A DNA stretch of 24,000 nt from Bengtsoniella intestinalis (GTDB taxonomy: Bacteria; Bacillota; Clostridia; Oscillospirales; Oscillospiraceae). The stretch lies in the NCBI RefSeq assembly GCF_039719005.1, contig NZ_CP133584.1:1666622-1690621 (forward strand). The letters are read 5' to 3'. Below the pieces are notes generated by a model. It saw only the letters and a program-made list of their open reading frames with translations. It had not been told where the DNA came from and made no database searches. Below, piece by piece: positions 9,259 to 16,692 of the stretch; positions within the stretch are counted from its first letter, which is position 1, and every line of letters starts with the position of its first letter. The translations under genes and the position numbers were made by a program.

Positions 9259-12041
9259 ATCTTATATTTCTTCTGGATATACCCCAAAAATGCCTCGATT
9301 TCATCCTGTGCGTTTTTGGGGATTTTCTTGTCCCAGAATACCGTTGGCACAGAAAATGCCGTGAGGCTATGGTTTGCCTTTAGGAAGTACACTTGCTCCT
9401 GTGAGAGTACCAATTTCCGAATGGCATAGCCATTATCTGTCCATGTGTGGGAGATGCAGTTGGGGGCGGTATCGTACCAGAAGTTGCTTTGTGTACTCTC
9501 CAAATACCCTAGCTGTTGCCCCAATAGGCGGCCTATCTCTTGAAAGGTCATCATAAAGCCTTGCCGATGTTCTTTGCGAAAATGTTCTCGCAATGCCCCA
9601 TAGTCGTGGGTTGGGAAGGTGGTGTTTTCTTCTGGCTGATAGTCGTTTAATTGCTCTAGCAGAGCGGACACATCTAGCCCTCTCACATGACTGGCATCAC
9701 GATACTCCACCGTATGCTCAGAGCATTTGATATGGATGTAAGCGGAGAATTTACCCAAAGGTTCCGTGTCTATGACAGTCAGCTGATGGCTTGGGAGCAT
9801 GGCCTTGCCACAGAGATAGCATTTGCCATCTTGGGACTTCCATAGTCGCTTATATTTGCCGCCTTTGTTGTTGACTGCACGGCGGTAATCCAAGGATTTT
9901 TTGTACTCGGTATCGAGGAAGTGATTGTAGTTGGTTTTCACTGGAAGGTATCGAATGGGCACGGTGTCTACGCAACGAATAACCTGTAAATGCCGTTTGT
10001 CCTCGGCAGAAAAAATGTATTCATCCTTGCTGATTTTGTACCAAAACTTCTTCTCCAACTTGGTCCAGTATTGTCGTGGAAACAAGGCTCTGACCTTTTG
10101 AATGAGCAGTGCTTGTATCACCACATCCAAATGACGAAAGGCATCGTGGGCATCGGTCATGCGGTGATAAGAGGTGTAGCCCACAATCATTTTGTTGAGA
10201 CCTATAATCAACTCCTCCACACTTCCAGTGTGTCGCTCAATGTAGTGCATCAGCTTTTCTTCAAAGCGCCGTAAATTGTCTTTGGATGGCTCTGCAATCA
10301 CCTTGCCATTACGAAGGTGATAGTACCGTCCTAAAAATGCAAAACCCTGTTGGATGGAGCGAATGGAGCTTTTCTCCTCGGAGAGTTTCAGTCCACGGAC
10401 AGATAGAAAATCGGCTACGATGGACTTGATTTCTTTGGCCTGTGCCTCGCTCTTGGCAAAGACTAAAATATCATCGGCAAAGCGAATGAGGTCGCCATAG
10501 GCATAGTTTTCCACAGGGGCACCGCCATAGAGCCTGCGTTGGATATAGGACTGCAACCCATCAAGCACCATGTTCCCGATAACAGGTGAGATGCCAGAGC
10601 CTTGGCTAATGCCCACTTCTTCCGCTGGGAACAGCTCGCCATTGAGGATTATCCCTGCATTGAGATACGCTTTTAATGGGGCTTTCAATGGCAAGTTCCG
10701 TAAAATCCAACGGTGAGAGATGGTATCGTAATAGCTTTTTACATCTGCACGGAGCACCCACAAGGGCACCTTGCTCCCCTCTAAGGTGCGACGAATATAA
10801 TGGTCTACATCAAACCCACTGCGCCCTTTTCGAAAGCCAAAGGATTTGCGGTCAGCCGTGGTCTCGGCCACTGGCTCTAGGGCATACCGCACGAGGGTCT
10901 GCATAGCTCTGTCTCGATAGGTGGGGATGTTAATTCTACGGTCTTTTTTTCCATCAAAAATCACCACACAGCGTAATGGCTGGCAGACGTAGCCCTCCAC
11001 CTTCAAGTCAAAGGTCGCTTGCATCTTTTGGCTGCTTGTCTCCCAACGCACCCCATCTGTGCCGACCTCCGATTCTGTTTCTGAAACGTGTCGCACTGCG
11101 AGGGCACGGGCTTCTGGAAGGTTAATGATTTCATCTTGCATCTGGTCTATCTGTGAGCGATTGCGCTCTCGCACCGCTCGTGCTACGGCCTGTTGCTTTT
11201 CAAAAAGAATACGTTCATAGCTAGGCCAGTCAATGCCATCCCAAAGGCGAGATAGCAGGGTTGCCGTCCATGTCATTTGCCGTGAAATGGAGGTGGTTAC
11301 TTCCAATGATATAGGGCAATGGTCTGAGCCGTGGATATGGGAGAGGATTTCTGTGTCTAACACCGTGGGGAGCAATCGTTGGGACACCAGAAAATAGTCC
11401 AATCGCCAGCCCCGATCTTCACGGCGCTTGAACAGACGGTATGACCACCAAGTATAGCCACGGGTTTCTGGGTTTTGTAGGCGGTATACATCCACCAAGC
11501 CCCAATGCAATAGCCGTTCAAATTTGGCACGCTCTATGGGTTGAAAGCCCACTGGATTTTTTTCATTGCGAAGATTTTCGGGGTAAATGTCAATGTAGGT
11601 ATGGGCAACATTGAAGTCACCACAGATTATCATGGGCTTATTCAATGCCTTTAGATATTTGAAAAAAGCATCGTCCCAATCGCTCCGATAGTTGTCACGA
11701 CTGAGCCGACCCTTGGACATGGGTTGGTAGACATTGATGAGATAAAAATCCTCAAATTCAAGGGTTAAAATTCGCCCCTCAATATCAAATTGCTCTAATC
11801 CTAAACCTTCACGGACAGAGATGGGGGGTACTCGTGATAGCACCAGCACCCCAGAGTAACCCCGTCTGCGTGAACTATTCCAGTAGGCCTCATAGCCCGA
11901 AATCTCTAGCTTGGCCTGCTTGCGAGTAGATTTGATTTCTTGGATGCAATACACATCGGCATCCAACTCTTGAATTTTTTCAACAAAGCCCTTTTTCATG
12001 CAGGCACGAAGGCCGTTGACGTTCCACGATATAATTTTCAT
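9255..12041 (-). CDS. Fusion protein: ExoIII/APE-type (EEP) endonuclease, then group II intron-like reverse transcriptase (RT0-7 plus thumb/X), then a degenerate HNH/Zn module, then a domain of unknown function
   Basis: - The ORF is 928 aa, with RBS AGGAGAG.
- aa 1-248 form an ExoIII fold with all catalytic positions present: WNVNG (N7), QE (E35), VYQP (Y105), GDFN (D142/N144), RLDY (D215), SDH (D240/H241).
- aa 270-575 carry the RT motifs: IDW...LAVRHV...GTDG (RT0), RRINIPTYRDRAMQ (1), FGFRKGRS (2a), LRADVKSYYDTISH (3), GISQGSGISPVIGN (4), IRFADDILVF (5, complement of 10470-10481), GLKLSEEKS (6), GFAFLGRYY (7).
- The thumb is LNKMIVGYTSYHR.
- aa 741-776 read CYLCG...IHIKCSEH.
- aa 810-928 are unassigned. 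Confidence 0.9.
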   Translation of the reverse strand: MKIISWNVNGLRACMKKGFVEKIQELDADVYCIQEIKSTRKQAKLEISGYEAYWNSSRRRGYSGVLVLSRVPPISVREGLGLEQFDIEGRILTLEFEDFYLINVYQPMSKGRLSRDNYRSDWDDAFFKYLKALNKPMIICGDFNVAHTYIDIYPENLRNEKNPVGFQPIERAKFERLLHWGLVDVYRLQNPETRGYTWWSYRLFKRREDRGWRLDYFLVSQRLLPTVLDTEILSHIHGSDHCPISLEVTTSISRQMTWTATLLSRLWDGIDWPSYERILFEKQQAVARAVRERNRSQIDQMQDEIINLPEARALAVRHVSETESEVGTDGVRWETSSQKMQATFDLKVEGYVCQPLRCVVIFDGKKDRRINIPTYRDRAMQTLVRYALEPVAETTADRKSFGFRKGRSGFDVDHYIRRTLEGSKVPLWVLRADVKSYYDTISHRWILRNLPLKAPLKAYLNAGIILNGELFPAEEVGISQGSGISPVIGNMVLDGLQSYIQRRLYGGAPVENYAYGDLIRFADDILVFAKSEAQAKEIKSIVADFLSVRGLKLSEEKSSIRSIQQGFAFLGRYYHLRNGKVIAEPSKDNLRRFEEKLMHYIERHTGSVEELIIGLNKMIVGYTSYHRMTDAHDAFRHLDVVIQALLIQKVRALFPRQYWTKLEKKFWYKISKDEYIFSAEDKRHLQVIRCVDTVPIRYLPVKTNYNHFLDTEYKKSLDYRRAVNNKGGKYKRLWKSQDGKCYLCGKAMLPSHQLTVIDTEPLGKFSAYIHIKCSEHTVEYRDASHVRGLDVSALLEQLNDYQPEENTTFPTHDYGALREHFRKEHRQGFMMTFQEIGRLLGQQLGYLESTQSNFWYDTAPNCISHTWTDNGYAIRKLVLSQEQVYFLKANHSLTAFSVPTVFWDKKIPKNAQDEIEAFLGYIQKKYKI

Positions 12042-12073
12042 GTAGGCTCTCCTATGTATGGTGTATAGTTCAG

Positions 12074-12103
12074 ATTATAGCATAAGAGTAGTACCTGTTC
12101 TAA
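12074..12103 (-). promoter_or_regulatory. Candidate dedicated promoter of the APE-RT gene
   Basis: On the minus strand: TTAGAA, an 18-bp spacer, then TGcTATAAT (extended -10). It sits in the 73-bp gap between the MBL gene stop and the RT start. Confidence 0.4.
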
Positions 12104-12114
12104 GTGGAGCTACA

Positions 12115-13383
12115 TCATGGGCAACAATTTCCGCATGGAGAGTAGCCATTTTCGATTAAAACCTCTCTGTCCTCCGTGGAGGTGGCATAATTCTTAGCGG
12201 ACATTTGGGATACGCTATAACAATCTGGGTAATGGAATTTGTGGCTACTGGTGTTCAGCACATAATAAAATTCGGAATCAGAATCGTCGTCGGTGGTATC
12301 TGTAATAGTGCCTGTTACAGTGGAGGTATTACTTGTTGGAGCGGTAAGCAGTTCATTGTCGCTGATGATTTTATCGGTGGTAACTGTCACGGTCTGCCCA
12401 TCGGAGGTGCAGATAATGTCACCTTGTAAATCCGTGCGATACAGGGTGACGTCAGCATCCCTCAGACGGCTCAATACGGCATCTGTGGGGTGCCCGTAGG
12501 AGTTACCCTCGCCACAGGAAATAACAGCGTACTGGGGCATGATTTCCCTCAAAAAGAGGTAGCTAGTAGATGTGTCACTGCCGTGGTGACCTACCTTTAG
12601 AACGGTGGAAGATAGGTCTGTTCCACTGTTCAATAACACCTGTTCAGCCTCATATTCTGCATCCCCCGTAAAGAGAAAAGAGGTCTCACCATAGGTGATT
12701 TTAAGCACGATAGATGTGTTGTTGGCATCGGTATCACTGTTGACTGCGAGAATGTCAATGTCAGCACTGCCCAATGTGTATTCGTCGCCTACGCTGGGTA
12801 CAGTGATACCGCCATTGAGGTCGGCATAATAGGCGAAATTCTCAAAGGCGTTGCTGTCATAGGTGGTCACTGGGCAGAGTATAGTATCAGCAGTTGCGTA
12901 GTTCAGTGCGCCGCTCAAACCGCCGATGTGGTCCTCGTGGGCGTGCGTCCCAACTACGATGGACAACTCGGTAATACCACGCTTGTCGAGGACGGAATAG
13001 ATTAAATTTGAGTCGGCCACATTGCCACCATCTATCAGCATATACTCCCCATCGCAGGAGACGAGAGCGGCATCAGCTTGTCCAACGTCCAAGAAGATAA
13101 TTTCAAAGGTGGAATCCTCCGATATGAGGGTTGTTGAAGTCTCCGTGTAGGTATTTGTGATACTGTCTATAGTCGGCTCAGTAGCGGTTTCTAAGGGCAG
13201 TTCAGCAGGGGTCTCTAAAGAAGGTGTAGGGGTTTCGAGTAAGATAATCTGTTCTACCCCTTGAGACACAGATGGGCTAGGTGTTTCAACATAATCGGCG
13301 GTGCTCTCACACCCAACCGAACAGCACAATATCATAAACATAGCTACAAATAACTGCAAGCCTTTTTTCCTTTTCATGGTCAA
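12115..13383 (-). CDS. Lipoprotein with a ComEC-like metallo-beta-lactamase fold domain and a C-terminal Cys/His zinc-ribbon-like tail
   Basis: The lipobox is FMILCCSVGC|E, followed by a Thr/Ser/Pro/Glu-rich linker. The MBL motifs are IIFLDVGQADA...LIDGG...GTHAHEDHIGG...GHHG...YGHP. The tail is HKFHYPDC...GYSPCGNCCP. Confidence 0.85.
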   Translation of the reverse strand: MTMKRKKGLQLFVAMFMILCCSVGCESTADYVETPSPSVSQGVEQIILLETPTPSLETPAELPLETATEPTIDSITNTYTETSTTLISEDSTFEIIFLDVGQADAALVSCDGEYMLIDGGNVADSNLIYSVLDKRGITELSIVVGTHAHEDHIGGLSGALNYATADTILCPVTTYDSNAFENFAYYADLNGGITVPSVGDEYTLGSADIDILAVNSDTDANNTSIVLKITYGETSFLFTGDAEYEAEQVLLNSGTDLSSTVLKVGHHGSDTSTSYLFLREIMPQYAVISCGEGNSYGHPTDAVLSRLRDADVTLYRTDLQGDIICTSDGQTVTVTTDKIISDNELLTAPTSNTSTVTGTITDTTDDDSDSEFYYVLNTSSHKFHYPDCYSVSQMSAKNYATSTEDREVLIENGYSPCGNCCP

Positions 13384-13426
13384 TCCTCCGTTTTTGATGA
13401 TTTCTAATTCTTATCTATATAAGCAA

Positions 13427-13463
13427 TATTGCCTATAACGCTTTAGCTTAATTATAGGCAATA
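13427..13463. promoter_or_regulatory. 12-bp perfect inverted repeat (candidate operator) in a divergent promoter region
   Basis: tattgcctataa (13427-13438) and ttataggcaata (13452-13463) are separated by 13 bp. The repeat lies between the MBL gene start (13383, minus) and the HTH gene start (13500, plus). Confidence 0.35.
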
Positions 13464-13499
13464 ATAGAGATATGTCAATGGGCGATGGAGGTGTATAGA

Positions 13500-13706
13500 A
13501 TGATTTCGTATGAGCCGCTTTGGCGAACAATGGAGCTAAAAAATGCAACAACGTACACATTACAAGTAAAAGGGAATATCAGTAGCTCCACCATACGTCG
13601 GTTAAAGGCATCGGAATCAGTATCCACCAACACGCTAGATGCCTTGTGTGCAATTCTAGATTGCAACCTTGAAGATGTGATTGCCTATTTGCCCGACGAG
13701 GCCTAA
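13500..13706 (+). CDS. Small helix-turn-helix DNA-binding protein (68 aa, XRE/YozG-like)
   Basis: The ATG at 13500 follows GGAGGTG, so the track start at 13485 is less likely. The HTH pattern is ...TYTLQVKGNISSSTIRRLKASESVSTNTLDALCAILDCNLEDVI. Confidence 0.75.
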   Translation: MISYEPLWRTMELKNATTYTLQVKGNISSSTIRRLKASESVSTNTLDALCAILDCNLEDVIAYLPDEA

Positions 13707-13953
13707 TGTAAAAAAGTGACAATATGAGCACACAACTAGCCTTGGATGTGAATACATCTGGGGCTAGTTCAATTTTACCGTGGAACATCGGCACAAATCG
13801 TTTTTGTGCAAAATTATTACCTTCACATCGTACCACAAAAATATCCAAAAATCAACACTAATAGTCAAGGTGTGTTTCTATTGGATTGTGTATAGCTCTA
13901 GTTTTATCATCTATACTATTAGTGATAGTCTTACACCAATAGGAGGTGCTAAA

Positions 13954-14277
13954 ATGGAGTTTGAAACCATCGGGAAAAACATTCGGCATTATCGCTTGGC
14001 AAAATCTATGCGCCAAGAGGACTTAGCTGAAAAAACGGGTCTAAGTCCTAACTATATCGGCGTGGTCGAACGTGGTGACAAGGTTCCTGCATTAGCAACT
14101 TTTATTAAGTTAGCAAACGCCCTTGATGTCTCTGCGGATATGCTACTTGCCGATGTCTTAAACACGGGATATATCGTAAAAGAATCGTTATTATCAGAAA
14201 AATTAGCACAGCTATCGCCCGATGATAGGTCTAAAATTTACGAGATTGTCGATACACTAATCAAACACAAAGCATAA
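13954..14277 (+). CDS. XRE-family transcriptional regulator (107 aa)
   Basis: The ATG at 13954 follows AGGAGGTG; the upstream 58 codons of the track ORF look like non-coding AT-rich sequence. The HTH is IRHYRLAKSMRQEDLAEKTGLSPNYIGVVERG. Confidence 0.85.
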   Translation: MEFETIGKNIRHYRLAKSMRQEDLAEKTGLSPNYIGVVERGDKVPALATFIKLANALDVSADMLLADVLNTGYIVKESLLSEKLAQLSPDDRSKIYEIVDTLIKHKA

Positions 14278-14282
14278 AAACC

Positions 14283-14310
14283 AGCAGACACGAGGCCCCT
14301 CGTGTCTGCT
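14283..14310. terminator. Bidirectional stem-loop between convergent genes
   Basis: The stem is agcagacacgagg / cctcgtgtctgct (13 bp). An A-run lies upstream and a T-containing tail downstream. Confidence 0.6.
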
Positions 14311-14343
14311 AGTTTCGTATTCATGTAAAAATACAGATAGATA

Positions 14344-14637
14344 TTAGAAATAGTTAGGGATCGCTATATCTGCAAAATCTTCCTGCCCCGTAATCACCAC
14401 ATTGTTATACCCCATGGAGCAATGAATAATGATGGCATCCCCATCTTCATCCCACCCTGCGAAGATTCCAACACGGCTATCATCAGCGTAGAACACCAAG
14501 TCGCCGGAGATGGCTTCTTCCCATGTGGTGGCGGTGCAGTAGGTGTGCTGCATGATAACGCCACCACCGTGGCCTATGATATATTCGCCGTCTGAGACGT
14601 TATAAAACACCCAATCTACAAACCCAGAACAGTCCAG
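14344..14637 (-). pseudogene. C-terminal fragment of an NlpC/P60 (C40) cell-wall peptidase, beginning exactly at the catalytic-Cys motif
   Basis: The sequence reads ...GLDCSGFVDWVFY...GDLVFY...VGIFAG...IIHC.... No signal peptide or N-terminal domains are present. The upstream part of the track ORF is integrase DNA read in another frame. Confidence 0.6.
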
Positions 14638-15088
14638 TCCGTAGGGCAGATACGGTGATATGACGTAGCTCCGACACACGGATTCCTGTGGCGCAGATGG
14701 TCTGGATTAGGAGTGCCAGCTTGCGATTCTTTTTCTTCTCTGCCGCTTGGATCAGCCGTTCATATTCTCGCTGGCTCAATTCCTTCTCAGGCTTTGAAAA
14801 GATTTCCCTCTGGATTTTTAGTTGCTTTACCTTGTATTGCGGAAAGCCCAGCCACTCCAAAAAACCATTGATCGCCGCCAACATGGAATTGACACTAGCA
14901 GGGGCATAGGCAGCGATAATATACTCCTTAAAGGCCAGCACCACCAGCTTGCTTAGCTCCTGCCCATGGGTGAACACAAGGAATGTTCGAAGGTCACGGA
15001 GATATTTTTGGATGGTATTCTGACTGCGTTCCTCCTCGTGGAGATGAATTTTGTATTGATTTAAGACTTCAAGATTGTAAGTTGTCAT
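14633..15088 (-). pseudogene. Truncated tyrosine recombinase (N-terminal about 152 aa only), paralog of the intact gene at 17457-18311
   Basis: It aligns residue for residue with the 284-aa recombinase up to ...ICATGIRVSELRHITVSALRTG. Homology then stops and the frame ends after 10 unrelated codons. The catalytic HxxR...Y region is missing. Confidence 0.75.
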
Positions 15089-15118
15089 GGGGATTTCCTC
15101 CTACAATATAAATTAAGG

Positions 15119-15350
15119 TTTAAGGCACGGCTGCCAGCCGTGTCTTTTGTCTTTTTGTTGCCTAAGCTGTTAGAATGGGAGAGAACAGGTCTGGCTCTGT
15201 TTTCCGAGGGCTTACACGCCCGCAAAGGAGTCCGCCAGCCGCCTCTCTCGTTCGCAGCATTCGATTTGCGCAGGTTGTGCCACCAAGACTGGTGCGTTCG
15301 TGTCACTCAGGAGATTGAACAAGCAGCGAAGAAAGCGGAATGCCTAATCA
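15119..15350 (+). ncRNA. Candidate IS110 bridge (guide) RNA region
   Basis: This is GC-rich structured non-coding DNA upstream of the transposase. It opens with the hairpin cacggctg-c-cagccgtg (15127-15143). It contains aaaggagtcc (15224-15233), which is perfectly complementary to ggactccttt at 16720-16729 near the predicted right junction. The track's N-terminal extension (15140-15370) has no RBS. Confidence 0.3.
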
Positions 15351-15370
15351 AAATACATGGAGGAAACAAT

Positions 15371-16588
15371 ATGAACGCAGTCGGAATCGATATTTCCAAA
15401 GAATTCAGCGTGGTAGCCGCCCTGCGGCCTATGGGTGAGGTGGCGCTCCCACCTCGTACTTACCAGCACGACAGCCACAGCATCGACGTACTGGCGCAGG
15501 AAATTCTTGCGTTGGGTGCGGACACCCGTGTCATCATGGAGGCCACTGGTCGTTACCACGAACCAGTCGCCCAGACACTGAGCCAGCACGGTATCTACGT
15601 CAGCATTCTCAACCCACTACTCATCAAGCAGAGCGGTGGTGGCTCCATCCGCAAGGTTAAAACCGACAAAGCCGATGCCCTAAAAATCGCAAAATACGGG
15701 CTTGACAATTGGGTGGATTTGCGAGAACATACACCTATGGAAACCATACGACAACAATTAAAGCTCTGCACACGGCAGTACAATTTGTACATGAAAACCA
15801 TTGTTTCATTGCAAAACAACCTAATTTCTCTCTCGGATAAGACCTTTCCAGGCGTCAACGAGCTGTTTTCTAGTCCTGAGCGCAAGGATGGTCATGTCAA
15901 GTGGATTGATTTTTTGGCTACATTTTGGCACTGTCACTGCATTGCAACCGTCAGCGAAAAGTCCTTCACAGACCGCTATCAAAAATGGTGCAAGCGAAAG
16001 GGGTACCATTTTCAACCCAAAAAGGCGGCTGAAATTTACGCAAAAACCCAGAAAATGATTGTCACTCTGCCCAAAAACGACTACGCAAAATTGTTGGTTG
16101 TGACGGCGGCCAAGCAACTCATAGCCTCCAAAGAAACCCTCTCTGAGATGAAAATCGAGATGAACCGCATGGCTAAAGAGTTGCCCGAGTACGACACCGT
16201 CATGGCGATGTACGGCGTAGGCGAGGCCACTGGCGTACAGCTGATGGCGGAGATTGGGGATGTGCGTCGCTTCGCCCACCGCAGCTCCATTGTGGCGTTT
16301 GCAGGGGTGGATCCGTCGGTCAACCAGTCAGGCAAGCAGACCTCTCAAGGCGGAAAGACCACCAAACGTGGCTCGCCCCACCTGCGCAAAACGCTGTTTC
16401 AGGTGGTGTCTACCTACGTCAAGAAGAAGCCTGAGGACGAGGCGGTGTACCAGTTCATAGACAAGAAACGTGCCGAGGGCAAGCCCTACTACGTCTACAT
16501 GACGGCCGCACAGAACAAGTTCCTGCGGATTTATTACGCTCGGGTCAAGGAGTGTATGCTGGCTCTGGAGACCGCCAGCGAGGGCTAA
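15371..16588 (+). CDS. IS110-family transposase/recombinase (DEDD RuvC-like N-domain plus Transposase_20 C-domain)
   Basis: The ATG at 15371 follows GGAGGA. Signature stretches are MNAVGIDISKEF...IMEATGRYH... and ...YGVGEATGVQLMAEIGDVRRF...AFAGVDPSVNQSGK. Confidence 0.9.
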   Translation: MNAVGIDISKEFSVVAALRPMGEVALPPRTYQHDSHSIDVLAQEILALGADTRVIMEATGRYHEPVAQTLSQHGIYVSILNPLLIKQSGGGSIRKVKTDKADALKIAKYGLDNWVDLREHTPMETIRQQLKLCTRQYNLYMKTIVSLQNNLISLSDKTFPGVNELFSSPERKDGHVKWIDFLATFWHCHCIATVSEKSFTDRYQKWCKRKGYHFQPKKAAEIYAKTQKMIVTLPKNDYAKLLVVTAAKQLIASKETLSEMKIEMNRMAKELPEYDTVMAMYGVGEATGVQLMAEIGDVRRFAHRSSIVAFAGVDPSVNQSGKQTSQGGKTTKRGSPHLRKTLFQVVSTYVKKKPEDEAVYQFIDKKRAEGKPYYVYMTAAQNKFLRIYYARVKECMLALETASEG

Positions 16589-16666
16589 GTGACGCTAATT
16601 TCATAGTTTTTCAGGTCAGTGATTACACCTTCTTTCTCTGGCCTGTTTTGTTATGCCTGCTTTGTC

Positions 16667-16692
16667 ATCTCACAATTTTTGTGAGATTTTTT
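16667..16692 (+). terminator. Stem-loop plus T-run downstream of the IS110 transposase
   Basis: The stem is atctcacaa / ttgtgagat with a ttt loop, followed by ttttt. Confidence 0.5.

Noticed and set aside
9255-12114. Interpretation of the RT locus as a mobile group II intron
   Set aside because: Only 73 bp lie upstream and 0 bp downstream of the ORF, which leaves no room for ribozyme domains I-VI. I also could not spot a domain V-like hairpin nearby.
9255-12114. Interpretation of the RT locus as an active LINE-like retrotransposon
   Set aside because: No 3' A-rich tail, no target-site duplication and no flanking repeats are visible. The 3' end overlaps a convergent gene. The architectural analogy is kept as a finding, but mobility is not claimed.
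13780-13953. Upstream part of the 165-aa ORF
   Set aside because: It is AT-rich with no RBS. The HTH protein starts cleanly at 13954 behind AGGAGGTG.
15140-15370. N-terminal 77-codon extension of the IS110 transposase ORF given in the track
   Set aside because: It uses a non-ATG start with no RBS, and its translation is Arg/Leu/Cys-rich junk. The conserved MNAVGIDISK start with GGAGGA lies at 15371, so the region is better explained as non-coding (candidate bridge RNA).
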